A DNA stretch of 64,000 bases from Minisyncoccia bacterium (GTDB taxonomy: Bacteria; Patescibacteriota; Minisyncoccia; Phycocordibacterales; UBA918): NCBI GenBank assembly GCA_041738755.1, contig JBGSPE010000007.1:13079-77078 (forward strand), in the 5' to 3' direction. The stretch's first letter is position 1. Every line of letters begins with the position of its first letter. The notes below the pieces were generated by a model. That model was given only the letters and a program-made list of their open reading frames with translations. It searched no databases and was not told the DNA's origin. Both the position numbers and the translations under genes were made by a program. Below, one piece after another: positions 48,799-58,859 of this stretch.

Positions 48799-48882
48799 TC
48801 ATAATGTAGCATATTATTGTAATAATGTCAAGCATTCCTGACAACAGAGAAAGCACGACAAGCAGTTTTGGTTTTAAGTATA

Positions 48883-49257
48883 GAAAGCCCCATCTTTCCG
48901 CTTGAAAGCGTAAAGATGGGGCGCTTGGAATAGGGTCTGTACCCTTGGTTCTGGATTTTCCCGAGAGATAAAATGGACGGTATTCCTCTCAACCCAGCTC
49001 AGCAGCATTGCTACTGAGAAAATGTACTGTACTTGGCCATGTTAGAACCTCCACGGGGTACTCTGCTTACGCAGAGACTTGTCGGCATCGCGTTGATCAG
49101 GTCAGGTCGGTCGCGGTCGTCGCAGCAACGAGCATGGCAGCACTGGCGTTCGTTGCCGGCCGGCTCGTCGAGGTCATGGAGCGATGGCTCATGATGATTC
49201 TCCTTCAGATGGACTTTGCTTGCAGCGGCTTCTCGTGTATATTCGATCCTCTCTGCA
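48883..49257 (-). other. Independent transcription unit: two SD-led micro-ORFs plus a structured 3' half
   Basis: TTGCAA-16-TACTAT promoter (49291-49264), GNRA-capped hairpins, terminator 48922-48883. Confidence 0.5.
49097..49192 (-). CDS. 31-aa Thr/Ala/Ser-rich micro-ORF
   Basis: GAAGGAGA SD; MSHRSMTSTSRPATNASAAMLVAATTATDLT*. Confidence 0.45.
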   Translation of the reverse strand: MSHRSMTSTSRPATNASAAMLVAATTATDLT

Positions 49258-49364
49258 ATTTCGATAGTACTAAAAATTTATTATGTTGCAAGTAGATTGT
49301 GCACATCGACACAGCCCCCAAAACACTTCGTGTTTTGGGGGCTGTGTCGTATACTGTTGTCACT

Positions 49365-49985
49365 ATGATTATTACGTATCACGGCGGGCAGTGTTTTAAA
49401 GTATCTTTTGGAAACACTACCTTGGCCTTCAATCCAATTTCCAAAAAATCAAAGCTTGAAAGTACTAAATTTGGTTCAGATGTAGCACTGGTTTCAATGT
49501 GGCACCCAGATTTTAATGGGGTTGATCAGGTGGCGCACGGTAACAAACAACCGTTTGTGGTTGATGGTCCGGGTGAATATGAGATTGGCTCAGTGATTGC
49601 TCGTGGATTTGGCGTTAAAACTATTTACGACAAACAACCTATTTTTAACACTATCTACCAGGTGTGGCTCGAAGACATGAATATCGTCTTCCTTGGTGCC
49701 TTGGCCGATATTGAAATTGACCCAAAGATATTGAGTGAACTGGGTGACATCGATATATTGTTCGTTCCAATTGGTGGCGGGGAACTCTTAACTGTACCGC
49801 AAGCCAGTAAGTTGGCCGTTAAGCTTGAAGCTAAGTTGATTATCCCAATGCACTACACCCCGGATGCGTTGAAGCAGTTTCTGAAAGAAGAGGGGGAAGA
49901 AGGACTAAAGCCAGTTGATAAATTGGTACTCAAGCGAAAAGAAGTACAAGAGCTTAGTGGTTCAGTGGCAGTGTTAAGTAGCTAA
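49365..49985 (+). CDS. Metallo-beta-lactamase-fold protein (degenerate metal motif)
   Basis: ITYHGGQCF, GPGEYE, IDILFVPIGG, IIPMHY; HxHxDH replaced by MWHPDF. Confidence 0.8.
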   Translation: MIITYHGGQCFKVSFGNTTLAFNPISKKSKLESTKFGSDVALVSMWHPDFNGVDQVAHGNKQPFVVDGPGEYEIGSVIARGFGVKTIYDKQPIFNTIYQVWLEDMNIVFLGALADIEIDPKILSELGDIDILFVPIGGGELLTVPQASKLAVKLEAKLIIPMHYTPDALKQFLKEEGEEGLKPVDKLVLKRKEVQELSGSVAVLSS

Positions 49986-49989
49986 TTCT

Positions 49990-50421
49990 ATGAAGCTCCC
50001 AAAAATACAGACGTTGCGGCAGAAATCAAAGGCGGCTCGTAATAACATTGCCTTTGGTGTAGCTTGTACATTTACGGCCGTTGTATTCGCAGTCTGGATT
50101 TTGGTTGACCCGTCTGGAATCAGTGAGTCAGTAACGGCGGTTCCGACTGATCAGCCCCGGATGTTTGGCGGGCTGATTGACCAGATTAAAGAACAAGTAG
50201 CGGGTGCCCAGCAAGCATTTGAAACAGATGAGCAAGTTCCAGAAGAAACAACTCGTGAATCAGATGTAATCATCCCGCCGATTCCAACCGAGCCTGAATT
50301 CAGTACCGCTACAAACTCACAAGCGAGTACAACCGGAAGTACGACACCACGAGAAGTCCAATTGTTTATTGATACAAGTGCTACTACTACTCCGGCTGAT
50401 ACTTCAGGCAGGGTTCAGTAA
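49990..50421 (+). CDS. Single-TM hypothetical protein with Thr/Pro-rich tail
   Basis: Basic N-terminus, TM, disordered C-terminus. Confidence 0.7.
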   Translation: MKLPKIQTLRQKSKAARNNIAFGVACTFTAVVFAVWILVDPSGISESVTAVPTDQPRMFGGLIDQIKEQVAGAQQAFETDEQVPEETTRESDVIIPPIPTEPEFSTATNSQASTTGSTTPREVQLFIDTSATTTPADTSGRVQ

Positions 50422-50469
50422 TGTGCTATACTAGCGAGTAATTTTTAGATTGTCAGAATAGTGCGTTAT

Positions 50470-52953
50470 ATGCCGAAAAAGTCACCTCAAGCAGCTCCAG
50501 AACCAATCGACCACATGCGTGGTGTCGTCTCACAAAGCATTACGGGCGAAATGGAAACCGCCTACCTAGACTACGCTATGTCGGTTATTACGATGCGTGC
50601 CTTGCCTGACGTACGTGATGGTTTAAAGCCAGTTCACCGACGAATCCTCTACTCAATGCGCCTTAATGGACTCACTGCTACCGCTAAATTCAAGAAATCG
50701 GCTACTGTCGTAGGAGACGTACTCGGTAACTTTCACCCGCACGGTGACTCGGCTGTCTATGAGTCAATGGTAAAGCTTGTCCAGCCGTTTTCCACACGAT
50801 ATCCACTGGTTATTGGACAAGGGAACTTCGGTTCGGTTGATGGCGACTCGGCTGCTGCGTATCGATATACCGAAGCTAAAATGTCTCGGATTGCTGAGGA
50901 GCTCCTTCGCGATTTGGAGAAAGATACGGTGGATTGGCGACCAAACTTTGATGGTACTAAGAAAGAACCAGTAGTGCTTCCAGCCGCAGTGCCAAACCTT
51001 CTTCTCCTTGGTTCGCTTGGAATTGCGGTTGGAATGGCCACAAATATTCCACCCCACAATCTCCGTGAAGTGTCTGAAGCCGTAGCGTATCTAATTGATA
51101 ATCCAGAAGCCTCAACTGACGACTTACTTAAATTTGTAAAAGGTCCTGACTTCCCAACGGGAGCGATTGCGTTTAATCAAAAAGATATTACGCACGCTTA
51201 CTCCAATGGTCGGGGAGGTGTGACGGTTCGTGGTGAAGCAGAAATTGTTGAAGATAAACGCGGCGCCTTCTCAATCATTATTACGTCAATTCCGTATCGA
51301 GTTAACAAGGCTGACTTACAAGAAAAGATTGCTAACTTGGTCCGTGAAAAGAAGATTGAAGGGATTCGAGAAATGCGCGATGAGTCTACTAGTGATATCC
51401 GGGTTGTGATTGAACTCAAGACCGGAGCGCAACCACAAACCGTTTTAAATAAATTATACAAACACACCCAGCTTGAGGATACCTTCCACTACAACATGGT
51501 GGCATTGGTGGATGGTGTGCCGCAAACCTTATCGCTCAAGGTGATTTTGCAAGAGTACGTGAAGCACCGAGCGGATGTAATCCGCCGTCGAACTCAATAC
51601 GACCTCAACAAAGCGCAGGACCGTGAACATATTTTGCTCGGCCTCAAGAAAGCGCTCGATCATATTGATAAAATCATTAAGCTTATTCGAGCTGCCAAAG
51701 ATGTTCCAACCGCCCACGCTTCGTTGATGAAAGAATTTAAATTCTCAGTCATCCAAGCGCAAGCAATCCTCGATATGCGGTTGCAGAAGCTCGCTGGTTT
51801 GGAACGCAAGAAGATTGAAGACGAGTTGGCGGAAATTCAAAAGTTAATTAAGGCTTTGGAAGCAATTTTGAAGAGCAAAGCCAAGATGATGGGAATCGTA
51901 AAGTCTGAACTCCTTGAGGTAGCAGAAAAATATGGTGATGAGAGACGAACTAAAATCGTAAAGGGTGGCGTCAAACAAATCAATCCCGAAGATCTTATTC
52001 CGGATGAGGAAAGCGTCTTGGTCTTAACAGCTGGTGGTTACGTAAAACGAACTAATCCAGAAGAATACAAAACCCAAAAGCGTGGCGGCGTGGGAGTGAT
52101 TGACCTTAATACCAAAGAAGAGGATGTGGTCACGACACTGCTTACAACCTCTTCCCACAGTGACTTACTCTTCTTTACCAATGCCGGTAAAGTCTACCAA
52201 TCAAAGATGTATGAAATCCCAGAAGGGAAACGTGCTACCAAGGGTAAGTCGATTATGAACTTCCTCTCAATGGGAAGTGAGGAGCGGGTTACCTCAGTCT
52301 TAGCGGTTCGTCGTGAAGAGTGGGATGGCGAGTGGGGACTCATCATGTTTACCAAAAATGGTGTAGCCAAGAAGAGCGACGCATCAGTTTTCAAAGATGT
52401 CAGACGGAGTGGTCTTATTGCCATCACCCTCAAGGATAATGATTCATTAATTGCCGCTCGATTTGTCGGTAAGGGTGATGAGTTGTCACTCGTGACAAGT
52501 AAGGGGCAATCAATTCGCTTCAAGGAAAGTGATGTTCGAGAAATGGGACGGACTGCTTCAGGTGTCGCTGCGATGAAGCTCGGTAAGGGCGATGAGATAG
52601 TTTCGGCAGATGTCTTCACCAAGGGTGTGAAGGACAGAGAACTTTTGATTGTGACTGAACATGGCTACGGTAAGGTTACGCCAGCTAAAGAATATAAATT
52701 GCAAAAACGAAGTGGGTCAGGTATTAAAACCGCCAAGGTAACTGACAAGACGGGACAAATAGTCTGTGGAATTGTCTTAAGTCAAGAAGAACATAAAGAA
52801 GGTGAGCTCGTCATTATGAGCAAGAAGGGACAGGTGATTAAGTTGCCACTCAAGGATGTCCCGACGCTCGGTAGAGACACGCAAGGAGTCCGTGTGATGA
52901 AGATGCGAGCGGGAGATGCGATAGCGAGCGTGGTATTTGTAAAGACTGAGTAG
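50470..52953 (+). CDS. gyrA: DNA gyrase subunit A
   Basis: [28 protein letters not shown], GyrA-box QKRGGVG. Confidence 0.97.
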   Translation: MPKKSPQAAPEPIDHMRGVVSQSITGEMETAYLDYAMSVITMRALPDVRDGLKPVHRRILYSMRLNGLTATAKFKKSATVVGDVLGNFHPHGDSAVYESMVKLVQPFSTRYPLVIGQGNFGSVDGDSAAAYRYTEAKMSRIAEELLRDLEKDTVDWRPNFDGTKKEPVVLPAAVPNLLLLGSLGIAVGMATNIPPHNLREVSEAVAYLIDNPEASTDDLLKFVKGPDFPTGAIAFNQKDITHAYSNGRGGVTVRGEAEIVEDKRGAFSIIITSIPYRVNKADLQEKIANLVREKKIEGIREMRDESTSDIRVVIELKTGAQPQTVLNKLYKHTQLEDTFHYNMVALVDGVPQTLSLKVILQEYVKHRADVIRRRTQYDLNKAQDREHILLGLKKALDHIDKIIKLIRAAKDVPTAHASLMKEFKFSVIQAQAILDMRLQKLAGLERKKIEDELAEIQKLIKALEAILKSKAKMMGIVKSELLEVAEKYGDERRTKIVKGGVKQINPEDLIPDEESVLVLTAGGYVKRTNPEEYKTQKRGGVGVIDLNTKEEDVVTTLLTTSSHSDLLFFTNAGKVYQSKMYEIPEGKRATKGKSIMNFLSMGSEERVTSVLAVRREEWDGEWGLIMFTKNGVAKKSDASVFKDVRRSGLIAITLKDNDSLIAARFVGKGDELSLVTSKGQSIRFKESDVREMGRTASGVAAMKLGKGDEIVSADVFTKGVKDRELLIVTEHGYGKVTPAKEYKLQKRSGSGIKTAKVTDKTGQIVCGIVLSQEEHKEGELVIMSKKGQVIKLPLKDVPTLGRDTQGVRVMKMRAGDAIASVVFVKTE

Positions 52954-53053
52954 TGACGGTAAAAGCCGCCAGAAACCCTTAAGGGTTTCTGGCGGCTTTT
53001 GTTTTACACATCTCATAACCGCAACCGACTCATTGCCCTATATAATGTATGTA

Positions 53054-53602
53054 ATGAATCCAATTCTTGGCGGGCAGTTTGTAAAACCTGAAATCGTCGT
53101 AACTCATTTTCATTTGCGTGAGGGTGATACTGTGGCTGATTACGGTACGGGGAGTGGTTTCTTTTTGAGATCACTTTCCACTTCGGTCGGAGCAACCGGC
53201 CGCGTGTATGCCTGCGAGATACAAAAAAGCCTGGTTGAAAAAATTGGTGAACAAAGTCGTCAATCAGGTCTGACTAATATTCAAGTCCTTTGGTGTGATC
53301 TTGAAGAGTTGGGTGGGTTAAAAATTGCTGACAATGCGCTCGATGCCGGAGTCCTTGTAAATACGCTTTTTATTTTGGAAGATAGAGAGACTGCGGTGAA
53401 AGAAATAGCGCGAACACTGAGGTCGGGCGCCAAGTTATTTGTTATTGATTGGACTGAATCATTTGCTGGTATGGGGCCGATGCCTGATCATGTAATTACC
53501 GAAGCTGAAGCTACGGTCCTGTTCGAAGCCAATGGGTTTATTTTTGAACGTAATTATCCAGCTGGAGAACACCACTACGGCTTAGCTTTTAGAAAGTTAT
53601 GA
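53054..53602 (+). CDS. Class I SAM-dependent methyltransferase
   Basis: VADYGTGSG, VIDW...GP. Confidence 0.85.
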   Translation: MNPILGGQFVKPEIVVTHFHLREGDTVADYGTGSGFFLRSLSTSVGATGRVYACEIQKSLVEKIGEQSRQSGLTNIQVLWCDLEELGGLKIADNALDAGVLVNTLFILEDRETAVKEIARTLRSGAKLFVIDWTESFAGMGPMPDHVITEAEATVLFEANGFIFERNYPAGEHHYGLAFRKL

Positions 53603-54903
53603 ATTTAAGACCATTTGAACTAGGCCTCATCATCGTATTCATCGTTTTGATTGCCGGATCATTATTGTTCCTTTCGGTGTATAGTCCAGGTAATGATAAC
53701 GATGGTCTGCCACAGGTTGGTACAGTAACTATCTGGGGTACCTTGCCACAGTCAGGCATGGAGCAAGTACTACGGGGGATGGCTGAAGTTAACGAATCTT
53801 ATAACGGCGTCTCGTATAGAGAAATTAGTCCAGCAGATTTTTCAAATGAACTGGTTAACGCTTTGGCAGATGGGACTGGTCCTGATTTACTCCTGGTTCC
53901 CCATGAGCGCCTCGTTGAGTTTCGTCGACGCTTACAGGTTATTTCATATGATTCTTTTCCCTTGCGAGATTTCCGAAGTCTCTACCTTGATGGGGCTGCA
54001 GTTTTTGCCTTAAACGATGGCGTCTATGCCTACCCGATTGCTGTTGATCCGCTCATGATGTACTGGAATCGCAATATGCTAGCCAATAATAATCTCCTGA
54101 CACCCCCAGCTACCTGGGAAGCGCTTGTTAATACCTACGTACCAACACTTATTCAGCGACAGGCTGATAGATCTATTACGCAGAGCGTGGTAGCAATGGG
54201 GGAGTATAGTAATATTCGAAATGCGTTCGGGATTATCTCAGCTCTCTTGATTCAGGGTGGCTCTGCAATGGTAACAGAACAAAATACTGAGTATGTTATT
54301 CAGCTCGATAGTTCACTCCAAGGCGGTGACCGACCATTTCAAAGCGTGGCTGACTTCTACACACGCTTCAGTCGCCCTAGTAACGCACTGTACTCATGGA
54401 ATCGATCATTTCCACCAGACCGAGACCGCTTTGTGAGTGAAAACTTAGCATTATATTTTGGGTATGGAAGTGAAGGAAAGGAGCTTGAGCGACTCAATCC
54501 CAATCTCAATTTTGATATTGCTGAATTACCGCAAGGCGGAGCCGCAACCGTCAGGCGGACCTATGGTCAGTTCTATGGATTGTCAGTCCTTCGTTCGTCA
54601 GATAATTTTCCTGGAGCCGCTATTGTCCTCCGTGATTTAGCGAGCGCTGATATCAGTAAGCAAATAGCTGACACGTACAATTTGGTACCTGCTTTGCGTA
54701 GTTTGGTCGCAGCCGGTAGTAACGATACCTATGGGCGACTTAATTACACTTCGGCAGCCATTACCTACGGTTGGTTAAATCCAGATTTAGCCGGGACCAA
54801 TACTATTTTTGAAACAATGGTTCGTGACATTAATGAAAATCGAAATGATGTCGGTGGTGCAGTGACTGACGCCGAAGATCGTTTAGAGTTAGAGTATAAT
54901 TAA
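53599..54903 (+). CDS. Extracellular solute-binding protein (sugar-binding family 1-like)
   Basis: N-terminal TM, ALADGTGPDL, P..VDPLMMYWNR, PPATW. Confidence 0.85.
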   Translation: MNLRPFELGLIIVFIVLIAGSLLFLSVYSPGNDNDGLPQVGTVTIWGTLPQSGMEQVLRGMAEVNESYNGVSYREISPADFSNELVNALADGTGPDLLLVPHERLVEFRRRLQVISYDSFPLRDFRSLYLDGAAVFALNDGVYAYPIAVDPLMMYWNRNMLANNNLLTPPATWEALVNTYVPTLIQRQADRSITQSVVAMGEYSNIRNAFGIISALLIQGGSAMVTEQNTEYVIQLDSSLQGGDRPFQSVADFYTRFSRPSNALYSWNRSFPPDRDRFVSENLALYFGYGSEGKELERLNPNLNFDIAELPQGGAATVRRTYGQFYGLSVLRSSDNFPGAAIVLRDLASADISKQIADTYNLVPALRSLVAAGSNDTYGRLNYTSAAITYGWLNPDLAGTNTIFETMVRDINENRNDVGGAVTDAEDRLELEYN

Positions 54904-54906
54904 TTT

Positions 54907-55341
54907 ATGAAATTTACACATTTATTCTTGGTAGTGGTTATGGCCTTCGGGGTGGCGTTACCAAGTATTTCATTGTCTCAAGGTACAACCCCAAACGGTC
55001 CACCAGCAAACCCACCAACTACACCAAACGGTCCGGCTGCAACACCTCCAGTCACACCAAATGGTGGAGGTGGCGGTTCTCGAGCCTTGGACAATCCTCT
55101 CCAGGTTGATTCACTTGAAGACTTGCTGGTAGCTATCCTTCGAATTGTGATTGTTCTCGCTACGCCGATTGTTGTACTCTTTATTATTTTGGCTGGCTTC
55201 AAGTATGTGACTGCAAGAGGTGATGCTGCAAAGACAAAGGAAGCCACCCTTGCCCTTACTTATGCAGTCATCGGTGGAATACTCATTATAGGCGCGGTCG
55301 CTATTGCGGAGATTATCGGTAATATAGTAGAAGCTTTTTAA
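54907..55341 (+). CDS. TrbC/VirB2-type pilin with Pro-rich TPNG repeats
   Basis: Signal peptide, LDNPL, IILAGFKYVTARGD..K..A...LTYAVIG. Confidence 0.8.
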   Translation: MKFTHLFLVVVMAFGVALPSISLSQGTTPNGPPANPPTTPNGPAATPPVTPNGGGGGSRALDNPLQVDSLEDLLVAILRIVIVLATPIVVLFIILAGFKYVTARGDAAKTKEATLALTYAVIGGILIIGAVAIAEIIGNIVEAF

Positions 55342-55347
55342 TCCGGT

Positions 55348-55599
55348 ATGGAAACTCCAAAAGATTTTGCAGGGTTGGTGAATTTTTTTCTCAGTTTTAT
55401 TGGTATTCTTATCCCAGCACTCTTCGCAGTTTTATTTGTCTATATTATGTACAAAATCTTTGATGCCTGGATTTTGCACGCTGATGATGAGACAAAACGA
55501 AAAGAAGGAAAGTCACTGATTATTGTCGCAGTCCTGGTATTTGTGCTTATGATCAGCACGTGGGGAATTGTGGGTCTTATCCAGCGCTCCTTATTTTAG
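55348..55599 (+). CDS. TrbC/VirB2-type pilin
   Basis: Two TM helices joined by a DETKRKEGK loop, WGIV. Confidence 0.75.
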   Translation: METPKDFAGLVNFFLSFIGILIPALFAVLFVYIMYKIFDAWILHADDETKRKEGKSLIIVAVLVFVLMISTWGIVGLIQRSLF

Positions 55600-55652
55600 G
55601 AGTAGCCATATGCAATAAAATATGGTATACTAAAAATTATTACTTAGTGTCT

Positions 55653-56042
55653 ATGTATTCTATGACTCGTATTGTATCCATCTTTTCAGTTCTTGGTATT
55701 GCCTTGTTACCAGGGGTAACTTCAGCGCAGTTGGCAACGTCTGGCAACGCTGGGCCCTTCCAAGACCTCTTGGTAAATATTCTTGAGTTTTCAAACACTA
55801 CCCTCATTCCATTTATTATTGGTATTGGGTTCCTCTTCTTTGTGTGGGGAATGTTTCAATACTTCATCGCTGGTGGCGCCAATGAAGAGTCTAAGCAAAA
55901 GGGGAAGAGTCTGATGATTAATGCTACGATTGGTTTTGTCGTGATTATTATTTTCTTTGGAATCATCAATCTCCTCACCAATAGTACTGGGCTTGAAGGA
56001 GAAGCAATTCAAAATGTCCCACAAATCACCATTCCAGAATAA
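55653..56042 (+). CDS. TrbC/VirB2-type pilin
   Basis: Signal peptide; FFVWGMFQYFIAGGANEESKQKGKSLM. Confidence 0.8.
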   Translation: MYSMTRIVSIFSVLGIALLPGVTSAQLATSGNAGPFQDLLVNILEFSNTTLIPFIIGIGFLFFVWGMFQYFIAGGANEESKQKGKSLMINATIGFVVIIIFFGIINLLTNSTGLEGEAIQNVPQITIPE

Positions 56043-56164
56043 TTGGTAAGATTTTGTTATACACATGATGGTAAAACCCGGCGTCTCAAGCCGGGTTTTG
56101 TACCATATAATTAAGTAAACGTAGCCGCGTTGTTAATAGCCACATTATTTGCATAAACTAACCT

Positions 56165-56551
56165 ATGAAAAAAATCTTTTACTCAATCAGCAGCCTTAGT
56201 CTTTTGGCACTTCCGCTTGTTTCATCTGCTCAACAAGGTCAGGGTTTCCAGCCAGACGGCGGAGAGCTTGGTGATTTCTTTACAAACATTCTCCTTTTCT
56301 CAAATAACGTCCTTATTCCATTTATTCTTGGAATCGGATTCTTGGTATTTGTGTACGGAGTATTTCTTTACTTTATTGCCGGCGGAGCCAATGAAGACAA
56401 ACAAAAGCAAGGAAAGAGCCTTCTTATCTACGCTACGCTTGGTTTCGTAATTGTGATTATTTTCTGGGGAGTAGTGAATCTTCTTGCTCAAGGTACAGGG
56501 TTTGATAACGACAATCTTGAAAATATTCCAGACCTACCGACCACTCGATAA
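56165..56551 (+). CDS. TrbC/VirB2-type pilin (paralogue of the previous gene)
   Basis: Signal peptide; FVYGVFLYFIAGGANEDKQKQGKSLL..FWGVVNLL. Confidence 0.8.
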   Translation: MKKIFYSISSLSLLALPLVSSAQQGQGFQPDGGELGDFFTNILLFSNNVLIPFILGIGFLVFVYGVFLYFIAGGANEDKQKQGKSLLIYATLGFVIVIIFWGVVNLLAQGTGFDNDNLENIPDLPTTR

Positions 56552-56640
56552 GTTTCCTTCGGAAACAAAAAAGCCCTTCGGGGCTTTTTTGTTTCCCCAT
56601 GAAAAAGCTTTTTGACAGTGTGACGTGCTAAAATCCTAGT

Positions 56641-56976
56641 ATGTCTCCCGAAGATAGAGCAGTTGGTGAAGCCGTTAGTTTTGTTGCTACGGTCAATGAT
56701 GTGATTATTTTTCCCCTCATCGCACTTCTAACAGGAATTGCCTTCTTGGTATTCCTTTATGGTTGCGCTGAATTTATCTTTAACGCTAGTAACGAACAGG
56801 GTCGTAAGCAGGGGACTCAACATGTCATGTACGGTATTATTGGTTTGGTTGTAATGTTGAGTGCTTGGTCAATTCTCCAGATTGCTACTGCAACCTTCGG
56901 GCTTAATGATGAACTGGATTGTGCGAATAACCCTTCAGCTAGTGGGTGTGCGGAGAAGTTTGAGCTCCAACAATAA
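56641..56976 (+). CDS. TrbC/VirB2-type pilin with C-terminal Cys pair
   Basis: FLYGCAEFIFNASNEQGRKQGTQHVMYGIIGL. Confidence 0.75.
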   Translation: MSPEDRAVGEAVSFVATVNDVIIFPLIALLTGIAFLVFLYGCAEFIFNASNEQGRKQGTQHVMYGIIGLVVMLSAWSILQIATATFGLNDELDCANNPSASGCAEKFELQQ

Positions 56977-57036
56977 AAAATAGAGCCCTTGGTACAAGTA
57001 CCAAGGGCTCTGAGTTTAAAGATCGATTGAAAAGGA

Positions 57037-57771
57037 TTATTTGCAGTCTTCTTCCTTGAAGACGACACCTTCAGCAGTGGCTTCTGCCTTGGTGAAGGGG
57101 TCCACCATGACCTCGAGAGGTTCGGTGAGATCGGATTTCACCAGAAGCGTCCGCTTGCGACCGCTGTACGGCCCTTGGACGAGATAGTCCATCCACGAGC
57201 CACGGTTGATTTCATCGACCGTGGCAGTTGGAATGTAGTTACGGAAGCCACAGGTGTTGGCGGGGACGGTGAAGGTCAGGCTTTTGGTGCCTGGCTCAAA
57301 CACCAGGAGCATCCCTTCAGCCGGAACGTCCGGCATCTTGCTCCCATCCGTGGCTTCAGCTTCAGACTTTTCAGTCTCCGCTTCGGGCTTCGCTGCTTCG
57401 GTCACCTTCGCTTCGGCCCAGTTGGTGGTAGCAATGGTCCACTGACCGAAGCCAGAGAAGAGCATCGTCACTGCAAAGGTGATGCCTCCGCCTAAGCGAA
57501 GTACGGTGCCCCAAGGCTGGACGGCAGGAAACTTCAGTTCGTGAAGCTTGTTGCCGCCCCAGAGCATCACAGCTGCGATGATGAGGTTCCAGGCAAAGCC
57601 AAGCTTTGCCCAGGCCAGCAGAACGCCGATCCCAGCAAAGGCGATGCCGATGCCGATGTTGATAGCCAGCTTGGTGGTTGAGCTCATGGTGTTTCCGCGA
57701 TTGGTGGTCGCTTGGGTCGCTTGAGCTTGTGTATTGCCAGCGATGCCAGCAACAGGAGGATTGGTTGTCAT
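57037..57771 (-). CDS. 3-TM hypothetical membrane protein
   Basis: 244 aa, GAAAGG SD, ATGA overlap with the upstream gene, higher GC. Confidence 0.75.
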   Translation of the reverse strand: MTTNPPVAGIAGNTQAQATQATTNRGNTMSSTTKLAINIGIGIAFAGIGVLLAWAKLGFAWNLIIAAVMLWGGNKLHELKFPAVQPWGTVLRLGGGITFAVTMLFSGFGQWTIATTNWAEAKVTEAAKPEAETEKSEAEATDGSKMPDVPAEGMLLVFEPGTKSLTFTVPANTCGFRNYIPTATVDEINRGSWMDYLVQGPYSGRKRTLLVKSDLTEPLEVMVDPFTKAEATAEGVVFKEEDCK

Positions 57772-58859
57772 GAAGTTTTCCCTTTCGGTTTGGGTTTACC
57801 TTTTGCCTGGCCGGTGACGCGAGATGCGAGTGCCCGGCCTTCAGGTGTGCGGAGAATTGCAGCGATTGCCTTGGCTGCTTCAGGGTCGAGACCATGAAGT
57901 GACAAGTCAATTTCTGTGCGGTTGATTTGCATCCCCTCAAGGTTACCCGAGATAGAGAGGAATCGGTCACGTGCGAGATTGACGTCAGCTTGGGTCATGC
58001 GACCTGCAGTAATCTCTGCCTTGAGTTCATCCTTGGTTAGGCCGAGGATGATTAGAGTACCGCTCGCGATAGCTTCAGCTTCGCCGATGGCTGACATCGT
58101 CTTCTGCATATCTTCGCTCGGGAGGAGTTCTCTCACTGTCACATCAGAGATTCTAATTCCACACCTTTTTTCGATAGGATGTTTCTTCTTTCTGAATTTC
58201 TTGTCAAGGATATTATTGAGATCCTTGTAGAGATTTAGTGCCTCCCGGACAGTCTTATCTTTAAACTGTTCAGCGATTTCACCGATGATGAGGTCGGTGA
58301 TATCGTTGGCTACGCCAGAGACACTGCCGAGAAAGGTGACCGGATTATTTTGGTCCGGACGCAGGCGGAAGGACCCTTTTCCTTTGATGGTTCCATCCTT
58401 ACATTGGATGGTAAAATCAAAGTCATTGGATGCTTCTTCCAGGGAAATATTGTTTTCGCCGAGGCGACGTTCCCATGGAAAGCTGACATGCGTCCCCGGC
58501 CCGTAGAAGACGTTGGGATTTTGAACCCCTCGCAGAGTGGCAAGGGTATCTTGGGTGACGAACATCCCAATGGTGGGATTCCTGATGATAAACCATTTTC
58601 CAATGGAGTACACCAGAATGCCAGCTGACAACCCAAGGCCGATGAACCAGAAAATCATTCCTGCCAGTGACGTTTGAACGTCAAGGGTTTCTGCACCGGG
58701 TAAAGGTTCGGTGGGGAAAAATTGTTCCCCAAACCACTGGACTATGGTCGGAACCAACCACAACACCAAGATGGTGTATACGGCCAGAACTAACCAACGG
58801 TCAATCTGGCTGCGGTTGCTGATGTCGGCATCGGACGGCTGAGTGAATTGATCGGCCAT
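57768..58859 (-). CDS. SPFH/band-7-like membrane protein
   Basis: 2 TM, GPGTHVSFPWE, CGIRISDVTVRELLP followed by AEA coiled coil; GAAAAGGA SD. Confidence 0.7.
   Translation of the reverse strand: MADQFTQPSDADISNRSQIDRWLVLAVYTILVLWLVPTIVQWFGEQFFPTEPLPGAETLDVQTSLAGMIFWFIGLGLSAGILVYSIGKWFIIRNPTIGMFVTQDTLATLRGVQNPNVFYGPGTHVSFPWERRLGENNISLEEASNDFDFTIQCKDGTIKGKGSFRLRPDQNNPVTFLGSVSGVANDITDLIIGEIAEQFKDKTVREALNLYKDLNNILDKKFRKKKHPIEKRCGIRISDVTVRELLPSEDMQKTMSAIGEAEAIASGTLIILGLTKDELKAEITAGRMTQADVNLARDRFLSISGNLEGMQINRTEIDLSLHGLDPEAAKAIAAILRTPEGRALASRVTGQAKGKPKPKGKTS

Noticed and set aside
48315-48800. tmRNA identity for the large RNA (5' end AGGGCUGUUGUUUUGACAG resembles GGGGCUG...UUCGAC)
   Set aside because: No T-arm (GUUCGA) or matching acceptor 3' strand, and no tag ORF ending in Ala-Ala-stop; a cmsearch would settle it
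48315-48800. Group I/II intron or ribozyme
   Set aside because: No domain-V AGC/CGC hairpin or recognisable P7 core, and it interrupts no gene
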